Notes: generated from the letters alone by a model not told the origin. A stretch of DNA of 64,000 nt from an uncultured Acidobacteriota bacterium (GCA_963696165.1 CAVOIY010000002.1:61613-125612); one strand, 5' to 3'; shown: positions 32,627 to 44,433, counted from the stretch's first letter. Numbers and translations: made by a program.

Positions 32627-35074
32627 CTACTCGCAGCGCAGCGCCACGATCGGATCGACCTTCGTCGCGCGGAGCGCCGGAATGTAGCTGGCCAGGAGCG
32701 TCAGCGCCGCCAGTACGAGCGCGACCGCACCGAAGGTCAGCGGATCCGACGCGCTGACGCCGAACAGCAACTCCTTCATCACGCGCGTCACGGCGAACGC
32801 CGCGACGGCACCCACCGCGATGCCGGCGCCAGCCATCCGCATCGCGCCTCGCAGGACGCCGCCCAGCACGGCGCCGCGGTCGGCGCCAAGCGCCATGCGG
32901 ATGCCGATGTCGTGTGTCGTCTGCGTGACCGTGTAGGACACCACGCCGTAAATGCCGACACCGGCGAGCACGAGCGCGAGGACCGCGAACGTGCCGAGCA
33001 GCAGCCGCGTGAAGCGGCGCGCGGAGAGGGAGTCGCCGATCACGTCCTCCATGCTCTCTTCGCCGAACGTCACCATGTTGGCGCTGGTCTGCTGCACCGA
33101 CTGCTTGACCACTGGAACCACGGCATACGGATCGCCGTTCGCACGGACGACGTAGTCGGAACCGGTCGAGGCGATGTCCATCACGCTGTCGGGAAATTGG
33201 CGGAACGCGATGTAGAGCTGCGAATGGATCTTCGAGGTGGCGTCCGCGTCCAGCCCCCAGTGCTTCACGTGGCCGACAATGCCGACCACCTCGCACTTCA
33301 TGTTCAACAGCTCGAGGTTGATGTGCTGCCCGAGCGGCTCCTGATTCGGGAACGCCTTGGCGACGAAATCCTCATCGACAGCTACTGCGCACGGAGTGTG
33401 CTCGGTGTCCTGCAGGGTGAGAAAGCGGCCGCGCCGCAGCGGAATCCGCATCACGTTCAGATAGTCGGGATCGACGCCGTAAAAGAGCGTCTGATCCATC
33501 AGGCTCTGCTCGGCCGGCTTCGGACGTCCCTCGACCCAATACGGCAGCTCGGAGTCTCCGTTCATCGGCACACCGCCCACGAGCACGCTGGCGGCTGCGA
33601 CTCCGGGTGCGCTGCGCATCCGATCGACGGTTCGCGTGACTCCGTTGCGGATCGCGGCCGGCGTCCCGTGCACCGCCGGCGAGCCGGCGATACCGAACGT
33701 CAGGACGTGCTGCGGATCGAAGCCGGGATTCACGCTCCACAGCTGCGACATCGTGCGCACCATCAACCCGGCGGATGTCGTGAGCACGAGCCCGAGCGCG
33801 ACTTCGACGACGACGAGCGCGGCGAGCAGGCGCGGACGGCTGGTGTTGCCGCGATCGCCCTCTTTGAGCGCGTCGGTGAGGTCGGGGCGCGCCGCGCGCA
33901 GCGCCGGCGCGAGACCGAAGAGAACGCTGGCGCCGAGGGCCACGGCTGCCGTGAACGCGAGCACGGACCCATCGAGCCCGCTCTGGGCGGTGCGCGGCAG
34001 CTGGCTCGCGATTTTCGCGACGACGATCGCGTTGAACGCCTTCGCCACCAGCAGGCCGAGCAGGCCCCCCGTCGTGGCGAGCAGCAGACATTCCGTGAGC
34101 AGCTGTCGTACGACGCGGGCGCGCGATGCGCCGAGCGCCGTCCGGATCGCGAACTCGCGGCGCCGTCCCGTAGCGCGCGCCAACAGGAGATTGGCGACGT
34201 TGGCGCACGCCATCACGAGCACGAACCCGACGGCGCCGAGCAGCACGAGCAGCGGCGTCCGGACGTTGCCCGTCAGGTTCTCGGCAAGCGATACGGCGTA
34301 GATGCCGTGGTCCTTGTTCTCCGTCGGGTACGTCTTGGCCAGCCCCGCCGCGATGCGGTCGAGCTCGGACTGCGCGCTCGGCAGGCTCCGGTCGCGTGAC
34401 AGCCGTCCGACCACGCGCATGCCCATGCCGACGCCACGGTTCCAGAAGAGCGGCTCGGCCCACTGACCGATCGGCACGATCACCGACATCTTGCGCCATA
34501 ACACATCGTCGCTCGGCACGACGCCGATAATCGTGTAGAGCTGCTCGTTCAACGTGAGACTGCGGCCCGTCACGTGTGGGTCGCCGCCGAAACGGGTCTG
34601 CCAGAAGTTCGACGTCAGAACGACGACGGGGGCGCCGCCGCGGCGGTCCTCCTCGGCGCTGAACGTGCGCCCCAGAATCGGCTGCACGCCGAGCGTGCCG
34701 AACATCGCCGCCGACATCATTTGGCCGCGCAGGCGCTCGGGCGTCGCGTTGCCAGTGAGGTTGAAGTTGTGGAAGCGGTACGCTGCCATCGAATCAAAGG
34801 AGCGGCTCTGCTGCTGCCAGTCCAGGAAATTCGGATACGACACTGATGCATCGCGAAACTGCGGCGTGCTCGTGGAGAGCTGTACGAGACGCCCAGGGTC
34901 GGCGTATGGCAGAGGCTTCAGGAGCACCGCGCTGACGATGCTGAACATCGCCGTGTTCGCGCCAATCCCGAGCGCGAGGGCGACGACCGCGATAGCGGTG
35001 ACGCCCGGCGCCTTCGCCAGCGTGCGGATACCGAAGCGCAGGTCCTGCAGAAATGTGGTCACAGTGTTCCCCAC
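32627..35074 (-). CDS. ADOP-type duplicated MacB/FtsX ABC permease, without N-terminal prefix
   Basis: QDLRFGIR..LALGIGANTAMFS, ACANVANLLLAR, GIRMALGA and PALRATKVDPIVALR motifs. Confidence 0.93.
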   Translation of the reverse strand: MGNTVTTFLQDLRFGIRTLAKAPGVTAIAVVALALGIGANTAMFSIVSAVLLKPLPYADPGRLVQLSTSTPQFRDASVSYPNFLDWQQQSRSFDSMAAYRFHNFNLTGNATPERLRGQMMSAAMFGTLGVQPILGRTFSAEEDRRGGAPVVVLTSNFWQTRFGGDPHVTGRSLTLNEQLYTIIGVVPSDDVLWRKMSVIVPIGQWAEPLFWNRGVGMGMRVVGRLSRDRSLPSAQSELDRIAAGLAKTYPTENKDHGIYAVSLAENLTGNVRTPLLVLLGAVGFVLVMACANVANLLLARATGRRREFAIRTALGASRARVVRQLLTECLLLATTGGLLGLLVAKAFNAIVVAKIASQLPRTAQSGLDGSVLAFTAAVALGASVLFGLAPALRAARPDLTDALKEGDRGNTSRPRLLAALVVVEVALGLVLTTSAGLMVRTMSQLWSVNPGFDPQHVLTFGIAGSPAVHGTPAAIRNGVTRTVDRMRSAPGVAAASVLVGGVPMNGDSELPYWVEGRPKPAEQSLMDQTLFYGVDPDYLNVMRIPLRRGRFLTLQDTEHTPCAVAVDEDFVAKAFPNQEPLGQHINLELLNMKCEVVGIVGHVKHWGLDADATSKIHSQLYIAFRQFPDSVMDIASTGSDYVVRANGDPYAVVPVVKQSVQQTSANMVTFGEESMEDVIGDSLSARRFTRLLLGTFAVLALVLAGVGIYGVVSYTVTQTTHDIGIRMALGADRGAVLGGVLRGAMRMAGAGIAVGAVAAFAVTRVMKELLFGVSASDPLTFGAVALVLAALTLLASYIPALRATKVDPIVALRCE

Positions 35075-35123
35075 GCACCGTTGACGAGACCGACGGCCGC
35101 GAGGTTCCTCGGTGCGGACCTGC

Positions 35124-38100
35124 TTATCTCGGCGCGCTCGCTTTCAACGCGGTCCATTGATCCATCAGTGCCTTCACATCAGCGCGCGCTTTCGCTGCGG
35201 CCGCGGCCTGGCCGGCCGTCGGCGTCACATCGGCGCCCTGCATCGCCATCGCCGCCGCCATCGCGGCCTGACTGACGCTCGCGAGCGTCTGAGGCGCCGG
35301 ACTTCCCGCGCTGCCTCCGCCGCCGAATCCGCGACCTCGTCGTGGTCCGTTTTCGGCCGGGGCGATCGCTTCCACTTTGGCTTTCACAGCCGCCGCGTCA
35401 GCACCGAGCCGCGCGACGAGCGCGCGCGCTTCGACATACGCGCTATGCGCCCGCACCGCATCGTCGTACAGCTCGCGCGTCAGCTGGGTGAGCTCGGCCA
35501 ACCCGGCGGCGGGAGTGTTCACGCGCGGATCGAGGCGAAGCGTGATCGGTTGTTCGTAGCGCTTGCCCTCCACCGTCAGACGCGCGGTGTATGTGCCGGG
35601 AGGCGCCCACGGCGAGTACGGCAGCTCGTACGTGTGATGCGGTACCGCGCCGTTGGCTCCTTCGTCGCCCGAATCGGGATCCTCGCCGAGCGCATCGAAG
35701 TGCAGATCCCACGTGAACCGATGGAAGCCAGCCTGCGTCGACAACCGAATCGGGGCCGCCGGCCAGTAGAGCGGCAGCGCACAATCGGGCGCGCTCGGCG
35801 TCTGCTGACACACTTTGTCGTACGCCGCCGGATCCAGCGCGGGATTCGGGCTGCGGACGTGATCGTCGCTCGAGTAGTGGCGAATCGTTTTCCCGCCCGC
35901 GTCGACGATGTCGAGCGTCACCGGCGCGGACGCATCCTTTGCGAGGGTGTAGTCGATAATCCCGCCGGGCAGCGGATTCTCGCCCGCCGGCAGCTCCGGC
36001 GGCCACGGCGTCGGATCGTTCGTGCCGGACCGGACACGCACGGCGGTGGCCGGCTTGAACAGGTACGCGTTGCCGGCGGTCCGAGCCGCTTCTGCCTCCG
36101 CGCGCTGGCGCAGCGGCGTGACGTTGTCCAGGATCCAGAAGCCGCGGCCGTGCGTCCCCGCAATCAGATCGGAGCAGAGGCACGTGCTGTCGTCCTTCAC
36201 TTCGAGATCGCGAACGGAAATCGCCGGCATATCGGACTTCAGCGATTCCCACCGATCGCCATCGTTGAACGACACCCAGACCTGAACATCGGTCGCCGCG
36301 TACAGCAGCCCTCGCTGCCGCGGATCCTCACGAATCGAATTCGCCACGGCGCCCGGCGCGATGCCGTTGTTGATTTCGGTCCACGTTTTCCCGCCATCGT
36401 GCGTGCGCCAGAAATGCGGATTCATATCGTCGATGCGCATCGTGTTGGCCGCTGCGTAGGCGGTCGCTTTGTCGAAATGACCCGCGTCCATGTTGAAAAT
36501 GCGCGTCCACGGCTTGATCGCGGACGGCGTGACGTTCGACCACGCGCTGCCGCCGTTCATCGTCACCTGAATGTTCCCGTCGTCGGTGCCGGCCCAAATC
36601 ACGTTGATGTCCATGGGCGAGAGTGCGAGCGCCGTGATGCTGCCGAGCGGCGCAGGCGTGACCGTGCTCGCGTACTTTCCGGCGGTCGCGGGAACCTGCC
36701 ACGTCTGCCGGGCCAGGTCCGGGCTGATGCGCGTCCAGCTGTGCGCGCGGTCCGTCGATTTCCAGACCACATCGGACGCGTAGAACAACGTGTTCTGATC
36801 GATCGGCGACCAGGCGATCGGCATCGTCCGCACGTTGCGGCCGAAGCCGCCAGCGCGTTGCTCCGCGCTCGGTCCGACTTGCGTCGTCTGGCCGGTCCGC
36901 CGGTTGTAGAGCGAGACGTTCGTGCGTGCGCTTCCGTAGACGAGGTCGGCGTCTTTCGGATCGGGCGCCGCGACGCCGTACTCCTGGATATTCACGGGAT
37001 GCCAGTCGTGGAACGTAATCTCGCCGTCCATCGACCGGCTGTCGACGCATGCCGATCCGGAGTCCTGCTGGCCGCTGCACACCCGATAGGGAAACGCGTT
37101 GTCCGTGCTCACGTGATACATCGCGGCAGTGGGCTGCGTGTACCAGTTGCTCCACGATGCGCCGCGATTGGCCGAGACGACGCCGCCCTGATCCGAGACG
37201 ACGAGGAGAATTCGCGGGTCGTTCGGATTGATCCAGATCTTCTGGTAGTCGTCGCCGCCGGGCGCGCCGCGCACCGCCGACCAGTTCACGCCGCCATCCT
37301 CGCTGCGCCACATGACCGTCGACGCCGTGTAGACGACGTTCTCGTTTTTCGGGTCGACCGTCACGGTCGGAAGGTCGCCGCCGCCGATCCGCGCGAGCGG
37401 CCGCCCGTCGACTTTGGTTTGTCCCGCGCCTGCGGCCCCGGTGGCTGACGTCACGACGGGCTTCCAGTGCTCGCCGCCGTCGGTCGGACTTGTAGAAGCC
37501 GACGACGCCAGTGGTCGGATTGGCGCCGCGGCCTCCGGCGTTCGGCGCGCTGCCGGCCGCCGCCGCGTACAGCACGCGTGAGTTGCTCGGCGCGATCGCG
37601 ATGTTCGCCTGAATGATGCTCGGCAGTCCGTCGGTCAGCGGCTTCCAGGTCGTGCCGCCGTCGGTCGACTTGAAGATGCCGTTGCCCGCGCCGCCGAAGC
37701 CCTGACCCTCGAGGAAGCTTTGCTGCTGCTGCCACAACGTCGCATACACGACGTTCGGATCGGACGGGTCGATGCGGACATCGTTGCCGCTCGTGTACTC
37801 GTCCTTGTAGAGCACTTTCTCGAACGTGCTGCCACCGTCGGTCGATCGAAAGATCCCACGCTCCGGATTCGGCCCGTACGGGTGTCCGAGTGCAGCCACG
37901 AATATCCGGTTTGGATTGTGCGAGTCGACGTCGATCATCGCGATCATCTGCGAGTCGCGCAGGCCGAGATGCGTCCACGTCCTGCCGGCGTCGGTCGACT
38001 TGTAGACGCCGTCGCCGACGGCCAGGTCGGGCCGAATGATGCCCGCGCCGGCGCCGACGTAGATGATGTTCGGATCCGACGGCGCGACGGCGATCGCGCC

Positions 38101-38370
38101 GATCGATCCGGTCGGCTGGTCGTCGAAGAGCGGCCGCCACGTCGACCCGTAGTCGGTGGAGCGCCACACGCCGCCGTTGTCGAAACCGATGTAGAAGACG
38201 TTCGGCTGGCTCGGCACGCCGTCAAGCGCCCGGGCGCGGCCCGCGCGCGTCGGGCCGATCTGGCGCCAGTGCATCGCGAGCGATCGATCGGGCTGCTGCC
38301 CGAATGTGACGAGGCCGGAGACCGAGAGGAAGAGGGCCGCACAGGCTGCCGCGACGAATGCGTTACGCAT
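35124..38370 (-). CDS. Secreted VPS10/BNR (Asp-box) repeat glycosyl hydrolase-like protein; frameshift near 37480
   Basis: WRQIGPTRAGR; many S.D.G.TW Asp-boxes; GTHGRGFWILD and DPRV motifs. Confidence 0.9.
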
Positions 38371-38613
38371 CAGCACCACCGGAGAATGAAAAGGGTTCGC
38401 GTCGACGAACAGAGTATGCCATGTCATGAGCTCTTCGAGCCCCCCTCGCTCCTTCGCCGACTGAAGCACCTCCGGGATCTGCGGGATAGTCCGCCAAGCC
38501 CCCGAGAATCGCCTCCGGGCAACAGCGGATGGCCACGCCACACGACTCACACCATTCCACGCGCGTGCGTGTCAGCTCGACCGCCGCACGGAAGCCGGAC
38601 GGAAGTACTCCTC

Positions 38614-38658
38614 TCCTGTTGACTTCCGACATGTCTATCATGTTGAATATCAACATGA
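38614..38658 (+). promoter_or_regulatory. Tandem PadR operator candidates overlapping TTGACT
   Basis: Perfect TCATGTTGA-ATA-TCAACATGA at 38638-38658; degenerate copy TCCTGTTGA-CTT-CCGACATGT at 38614-38634. Confidence 0.7.
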
Positions 38659-38668
38659 GCGACGCATT

Positions 38669-39010
38669 GTGAGCGCCGGCGAGAAAGCGGACATCCTGCG
38701 CGGCACCCTCGACCTGCTCGTGCTGAAGACGCTCGACGCGCTCGGACCGCTCCACGGCTACGGTATCGCGCAGCGGATCCAGCAGGTGTCGGGCTCGATG
38801 CTGTCGCTCAACCAGGGGACGCTCTATCCGGCGCTGCTGCGGCTCGAGCAGCGCGGCTGGGTGCAGTCGCGCATCGGCACGTCCGAGAACAATCGCCACG
38901 CCCGTTTCTATTCCCTGACCGCCGCGGGACGGCGCCAACTGAAGCAGGAAACCAAGGACTGGGTGCGGACCTCCGGAATCATCAACCGGATCCTGCGCAC
39001 CAACGAATAG
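38669..39010 (+). CDS. PadR family regulator (acidobacterial type)
   Basis: LRGTLDLLVLKTL, HGYGIAQRI, GTLYPALLRLE and SENNRHARFY motifs. Confidence 0.94.
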   Translation: MSAGEKADILRGTLDLLVLKTLDALGPLHGYGIAQRIQQVSGSMLSLNQGTLYPALLRLEQRGWVQSRIGTSENNRHARFYSLTAAGRRQLKQETKDWVRTSGIINRILRTNE

Positions 39011-39019
39011 GAGCGGACT

Positions 39020-41674
39020 GTGCGCGAATGGATGATGCGCCTCATCGCGGTCGGCCGGCGCGGACGGCGCGACGCGCAGCTGGACGACGAACTGCGATTT
39101 CACGTCGAGCAGCTGGCGAAGAGCTTCGAGGCGCGCGGTCTTGATCGGGCCGCGGCGTACGCGGCTGCCGAGCGGGAGCTCGGGGGCGTCGATCGGACCA
39201 AGCAGGCGTGGCGCGACCAGCGAAGCTGGCTGCCCCTCGAAGACGTGCTGCAGGACATCAAGTACGGCGTGCGCGTGTTGCGCCGCTCGCGCGGCCTGAC
39301 TGCGCTCGCCGCGACGACGCTCGCCGTCGCCGTCGCCGCGACGACGTCGCTGTTCACGGTCGTGGATGCGGTGCTGCTCGCGCCGCTTCCCTACGGGCGC
39401 GCCGATCAGCTCGTCGTCATCTTCGAAGACTTCCTGACGCAGCATGCGCCGAACGTCTCGGTTACATCCGGCACGCTGCTGGAATGGCAGGATCGCGCGC
39501 ATTCGTTTTCAGCGTTCACCGCGATCGACCAACGGCAGCAGAACCTGACATCCGGGGGCGAGCCGCAGCAGGTGAACGTCGGCGCGGTGTCGAGCGGATT
39601 CGGCGAAACGATCCGTGTGCGGCCGGCCGATGGCCGTTTGTTCGCCGACGAGGAATTCCAGCCGGGCCACGAGAACGTCGCGCTCATCGGCCATGCCCTC
39701 TGGACCACGCGGTATGGCGGCGCGCCGATCCTCGGCCGCACGATCGTGCTCGACGATCGTCCGTACACCGTCGTCGGCGTCATGCCGAGCGGGTTCATGT
39801 TTCCGACGGCGCAGCAGCAGGTGTGGGTGCCGATGCCGCTGACGGCGGCGGATCGCGAGAACCGAACGGGCCACACGCTGTTCGCCGTCGCGCGCGTGCG
39901 CGACGGGGTCGCGGTCGCCGCCGCCGATCGCGAACTGCATGATGTCGCGGAGAGGCTGCGCCGCGAATTTCCGGAGAAGAAGGAGTGGGGCGTCACGGTG
40001 ACTCCGGCGCGCGAGGCGATCGTCGGCAAAACGACCGGCGTACTCCGCGCGATGGTCGGCGCCGTCGCATTGCTGCTCCTGGTCGCGTGCGCCAACGTCG
40101 CCGGTCTGCTGTTGACGCACGGCGTCGCCCGCAGCCGCGAGCTCGCCGTGCGGATGGCGATCGGCGCCAACCGGATGCGCATCGTGCGCCAGCTGCTCAC
40201 CGAGAGCGTGCTGCTCGCGGTCGTCGGCGCGCTGGGCGGCGTTGCGCTCGCGTGGTTCGCGCAGCCGCTCGTCGAAGCGTTGCGGCCGGCGGATCTCGTC
40301 ATTTGGAAACCGATCGCGATCGACACGCCCGCGATGATGTTTGCGGCCATTATTGCGATTGTCTGCGGCGCCGTGTTCGGGACCTTTCCGGCGGTGGTTG
40401 CTTCGCGCGCGAGTCTCGCGGCGACGGCGTCGGAGCGCTCTGCTGGCCGTCAGGCGTCGCGTGTACGGCAGACGCTCGTCGCCGTCGAAGTCGCGCTCGC
40501 CGTCGTGCTCGTCGCCGGCGCGGCGCTGCTCGCGCAGACGCTGTCGCACATGACGGCGGTTGAGCCGGGATTTCGGCCGGACCATGTCGTCTCGATGACC
40601 GTCGCGTTGCCGGTTGCACGCTACAAAGACGATCGTCGCGTCGATCTGTTCTATCGTTCCCTCTTCGAGCGGCTGCGATCGATCCCCGGTGTCCGCGCCG
40701 CCGGCGCGATCCACGCGCTCCCGCTCAGCGGCAATACATCGGTGCGTCCGTATCGAGTCGAGGGGGCGCCGCCGCTCGATCCGCCGACGATCTCGCACTA
40801 TCGCATCGTCGTTCCCGGGTACATCGAAGCGATGCGGATTCCGCTGCGCGCGGGCCGCACCTTCACCGACGCCGATACGGCGGATCGCCCGCTCGTCGCG
40901 ATCGTCAACGAGACGCTGCGTCGTGAGGGGTGGGGCGCGCGCAATCCGATCGGCACGCGGATCACGTTCGCGGGCACCTACGCTCCGCCGAATGAGCGCT
41001 GGGCCGAAGTCGTCGGCGTTGTCGCCGACGTGCGGCATTTCGGTCCGGGCACGCCGCCGCCGCCGGAGATGTACTGGGCGGCGGACCAGATCGACGCGGC
41101 GCCGGGCGAGACGCTGCGCCGGATGCGGCGCGGCCTCACGCTCGTCATCTCCACTCAAGCTGGCGACCCATTGGCGATCGTGCCGTCGGTCCGCGCGGCC
41201 GTTCGCGCGGTGGATCCGGATCAGCCGATTGCCAACGTACGGACGATGACGTCGCTGATGAGCGCGTCGCTCTGGCTCTCGCGCGCGGCCGCGTGGCTGT
41301 TGACGATGTTCGGCGGTGCCGCGCTGATCTTTGCGCTGCTCGGCGTCTTCGGCGCTGCCTCGTACTCGGTGGCGCAACGGCGGCGCGAGCTCGCGGTCCG
41401 GTTGGCGCTCGGCGCGGAGCCCGAGCGCGTGATGCGCCTCGTGCTGGCGGGCACGCTCCGCGGCGCGATTGTCGGCGTCGGCGCTGGACTGGCGCTCGCG
41501 GTTGCGCTGCGGCGGAGCGTGGCCTCGATGGTGGTTGGCATCGATCCGAGCGATCCGAGGACGCTCGTGCTGGTGTGCGTGTCGCTCGCGATCACGACCG
41601 TGGCGGCCTGCTGGTTTCCCGCGCGGCGCGCATCACGGATCGATCCGATGCAGACGTTGCGGAACGCGGATTGA
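39020..41674 (+). CDS. ADOP-type duplicated MacB/FtsX permease with N-terminal prefix domain
   Basis: LDDELRFH prefix; QDIKYGVR, ACANVAGLLL, AVRLALGA and PARRASRIDPM motifs. Confidence 0.93.
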   Translation: MREWMMRLIAVGRRGRRDAQLDDELRFHVEQLAKSFEARGLDRAAAYAAAERELGGVDRTKQAWRDQRSWLPLEDVLQDIKYGVRVLRRSRGLTALAATTLAVAVAATTSLFTVVDAVLLAPLPYGRADQLVVIFEDFLTQHAPNVSVTSGTLLEWQDRAHSFSAFTAIDQRQQNLTSGGEPQQVNVGAVSSGFGETIRVRPADGRLFADEEFQPGHENVALIGHALWTTRYGGAPILGRTIVLDDRPYTVVGVMPSGFMFPTAQQQVWVPMPLTAADRENRTGHTLFAVARVRDGVAVAAADRELHDVAERLRREFPEKKEWGVTVTPAREAIVGKTTGVLRAMVGAVALLLLVACANVAGLLLTHGVARSRELAVRMAIGANRMRIVRQLLTESVLLAVVGALGGVALAWFAQPLVEALRPADLVIWKPIAIDTPAMMFAAIIAIVCGAVFGTFPAVVASRASLAATASERSAGRQASRVRQTLVAVEVALAVVLVAGAALLAQTLSHMTAVEPGFRPDHVVSMTVALPVARYKDDRRVDLFYRSLFERLRSIPGVRAAGAIHALPLSGNTSVRPYRVEGAPPLDPPTISHYRIVVPGYIEAMRIPLRAGRTFTDADTADRPLVAIVNETLRREGWGARNPIGTRITFAGTYAPPNERWAEVVGVVADVRHFGPGTPPPPEMYWAADQIDAAPGETLRRMRRGLTLVISTQAGDPLAIVPSVRAAVRAVDPDQPIANVRTMTSLMSASLWLSRAAAWLLTMFGGAALIFALLGVFGAASYSVAQRRRELAVRLALGAEPERVMRLVLAGTLRGAIVGVGAGLALAVALRRSVASMVVGIDPSDPRTLVLVCVSLAITTVAACWFPARRASRIDPMQTLRNAD

Positions 41675-41901
41675 GGGGCGGCTCACTCTTCAGTGTGCTC
41701 CACTCTTGACCTCCGCTATGCGCCCATTCGCAATCCGTACGTAGGCATACTCGAGCTCACGATTCAACCCTCGAGTTCAGGACCGACCCGCCGCTGATTG
41801 ACATCGTCGCAGACGTGGCGGTCGCAATCACGCCATTTCGAGTCGCGTACCAGTTAGGGGACGAGGTGTATCGCCTTGAATCCGCTGCGACCGCCGCGGC
41901 T

Positions 41902-42822
41902 TTAGACCACCTCGATCGGTCCTCCCTCGTACCAGCGCAGCACACGCAGCGCCCGAAGCGTGTTCCACCGACTCGGCGAGCCGATCGGCTCGCCCAACTG
42001 AAAGGCGAGCGCCTCGTCGTATGCGTGATCGAGGAGCCATCGACCGTTATCCTGCCGCTTGCTCTCGACGAGATGCACGGCATCGCCGATGCGCGGGTCG
42101 GGCGGATCACCGACGTACCTGAAGTAGTCGAGCGCGCGAAGGACGTCGTAGTGGTAGCGCGGTGGGAATGCGAATGCCAGGAACTCGGGATTCGCGACCG
42201 CGCCGGTCGAGCGCCGCCGGAAGAGGCTGCGCTCCAGCAGATACTCCTCGCCGCGCCGCCTGGCCGCGGTGATCGCGGGCGCAGAGCCGACAGCACGCTC
42301 GTACTCGAGCAGCCCCTCCAATACACAGATCGTCGTGTGGAACGAGGAGCGCGCGCTCTTCGGCGCTTCACAGTTCCACCCGCCGTCGGCCAGTTGCTCG
42401 TCGACGAGCCGGCGCGCGAGGCTCTCTGTCGGGCGGCCGAAATAGGCGCCGAGCGCGAGCGCGCCTCCGTTGATGCACGGCTCCACCTCACCCTCGAAAA
42501 ACGGCTTCTTGCCGAACGCCTCGTCCCAGCGGAAGCCCGCCTCGAGACGCGCGATCGCCGATCGGACGGCAGGTTCGTTGCGCTCGATGCCGGTGGCGCG
42601 GAGGAGCTGCAACGTGAACAGGGTCGGCAACCAGTCGGGGGCGTAGGCCCGGTGCCACGCGCCGTCGGTGCCCTGGCTGGCGAGAATTTTGGCGCCGAGG
42701 CCTTCGTGCGGGATGCGTGCGCGCTCAGCGGCCACGGCGGCTTCGGGTGCGTCGGTCAGATCGCGCATCGCCTGCCAGCGTACGGCAGGATCCGAATCAA
42801 GCAACCACTCGAGCGTATCCAC
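41902..42822 (-). CDS. Prenyltransferase/squalene-cyclase-like alpha-barrel protein
   Basis: WLLDSDPAVRWQ, GEVEPCING, QLADGGWNC and SRWNTLRALRVL; QW-like repeats. Confidence 0.75.
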   Translation of the reverse strand: MDTLEWLLDSDPAVRWQAMRDLTDAPEAAVAAERARIPHEGLGAKILASQGTDGAWHRAYAPDWLPTLFTLQLLRATGIERNEPAVRSAIARLEAGFRWDEAFGKKPFFEGEVEPCINGGALALGAYFGRPTESLARRLVDEQLADGGWNCEAPKSARSSFHTTICVLEGLLEYERAVGSAPAITAARRRGEEYLLERSLFRRRSTGAVANPEFLAFAFPPRYHYDVLRALDYFRYVGDPPDPRIGDAVHLVESKRQDNGRWLLDHAYDEALAFQLGEPIGSPSRWNTLRALRVLRWYEGGPIEVV

Positions 42823-42907
42823 GCTCCGTTATTTTAGCGTGCGATGCGCCATGGCATTCTTGCGGATCGCGCTTGCGTTCATTCGCGACCTCATCGAAAA
42901 GAGTAGT

Positions 42908-43651
42908 ATGGCGCCGATGCTCGAGAGCACATTAGAGCGCGAGGGGAGGATGCGGCACTCTGTTCTCGTCCGGGTCACCCACTGGATCAGCGCCGTGTGC
43001 TTCTTTGCGCTGCTCGTCACCGGTGTTGAAATTCTGATCTCTCACCCTCGCTTTTACTGGGGCGAAACCGGCAACGTGCTGATGCCGCCCTTGTTCTCGC
43101 TGCCGATCCCTTCTTCGCGCACGTTAGTGCAGACTGGTTACGGCTACGTGCTGCCGGATCAGAACGGCTGGAGCCGATATCTGCACTTCGAAGCCGCCTG
43201 GATTCTGGTCTTGACCGGCTCACTGTACGCAATCGCCGCCTTGTTCACGGGACATTTGCGAAAGAACTTGCTTCCGAGCAGCACCGATCTTTCGTGGCCC
43301 GAGTTCTCAGGCGCTCTCGCGAAGCATCTGCGATTCGCGCGGCCAGCTAAGGCAGACGCCTGGTCGTACAACGGGCCGCAGCGCCTTACTTATGTGTTCG
43401 TGCTCTTCGTGCTGTTCCCGTTGGTCATCTGGACCGGCTTGGCCATGTCGCCCGGTTTTGTTTCCGCGTTTCCGGCGACGGTCACGACATTGGGCGGCCA
43501 GCAATCCGCGCGCACGATTCACTTCTTCGTCTCGCTGTCTCTTTTGCTTTTCGTGCTCATCCACGTCGTCATGGTGAGCCGCGCCGGATTCATCAGCCGC
43601 ACGCGCGCGATGATTACCGGCCGCGCCGATTCGCTAATGGAGCGCACATGA
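42908..43651 (+). CDS. Di-heme cytochrome b (Ni/Fe-hydrogenase cytb, YdhU-like)
   Basis: VRVTHW, RYLHF, YNGPQRLTY and ARTIHF..IHV His ligands. Confidence 0.85.
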   Translation: MAPMLESTLEREGRMRHSVLVRVTHWISAVCFFALLVTGVEILISHPRFYWGETGNVLMPPLFSLPIPSSRTLVQTGYGYVLPDQNGWSRYLHFEAAWILVLTGSLYAIAALFTGHLRKNLLPSSTDLSWPEFSGALAKHLRFARPAKADAWSYNGPQRLTYVFVLFVLFPLVIWTGLAMSPGFVSAFPATVTTLGGQQSARTIHFFVSLSLLLFVLIHVVMVSRAGFISRTRAMITGRADSLMERT

Positions 43652-44406
43652 GCGATCTCTCACGCCGCAAACTGATGAAAACCGGACTCGCGGTGATCGC
43701 GGGTTTGTCGGGAGTTGGCGCTGCCGCGCGAATCGCGGAGAAGTATGGATTGATTCCGCCCGATTCCGGTGGAGTGTACGGACTCGGCGAAACGCTGACC
43801 TACGCCGGGCAGCGACTGATCACCCGGCACTCGTTGGCGCGCGAGTTCCAGCACAGTCAAATTTCGCCGCGCCCGTTCGCCAACGAAGTCCCACCGATGA
43901 ATGACGCGTTCAAGCGTCTTCAGGCCGGAGGATTTGCTGACTGGCGGTTGGCGGTCGGCGGCATGGTCGATCGGCCCGCGTCGTTTTCACTTGCCGAGCT
44001 CAAGAGCTTTCCCTCTCGCAGCCAGATCACCCAGGTGCAGTGTGAGGAAGGCTGGTCGTATATAGCCGAATGGATCGGCGTCCCTCTCGCACACGTCCTC
44101 GATGAAGCGCGAGTACAGCCGCACGCCAGATACGTCGTCTACTCCTCGATCGATCCCAACTGGTGGGACAGCATCGATATGTCGGATGCGACGCATCCGC
44201 AAACCTTTCTCACGTACGGGATGAATGGCGGTGACCTTCCGGTTGGCAACGGAGGACCGCTTCGCATGCGGCTCCCGCGACAGCTTGGCTACAAGAGCGT
44301 GAAGTACATCACGAGTCTGACGGTCACCGACAGTCTCAAGAAGTTCGGCAAAGGTCTGGGGTCCGCGGCACCAGAAGGAGGATATGCCTGGTACGCCGGA
44401 ATCTGA
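43648..44406 (+). CDS. Sulfite-oxidase-family molybdopterin oxidoreductase (MsrP-like) with Tat signal
   Basis: SRRKL signal; WRL.VGG.V, CEEGWS..AEW.GV and GGPLR.R.P.QLGYKSVK motifs. Confidence 0.88.
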   Translation: MSDLSRRKLMKTGLAVIAGLSGVGAAARIAEKYGLIPPDSGGVYGLGETLTYAGQRLITRHSLAREFQHSQISPRPFANEVPPMNDAFKRLQAGGFADWRLAVGGMVDRPASFSLAELKSFPSRSQITQVQCEEGWSYIAEWIGVPLAHVLDEARVQPHARYVVYSSIDPNWWDSIDMSDATHPQTFLTYGMNGGDLPVGNGGPLRMRLPRQLGYKSVKYITSLTVTDSLKKFGKGLGSAAPEGGYAWYAGI

Positions 44407-44433
44407 CACCGAGTTTCAACAAGTCGAATCGCT

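Noticed and set aside
35112-37448. 778-aa plus-strand ORF and other long antisense ORFs (10777..11781, 39509..41377, 32912..34399)
   Set aside because: Shadow frames of high-GC genes with Arg/Ala-rich, motif-free translations
41720-41890. Possible NTF2-like gene scrap (LEFRTDPPLIDIVADVAVAITPFRVAYQL)
   Set aside because: Too short, no start, family assignment not supportable by eye
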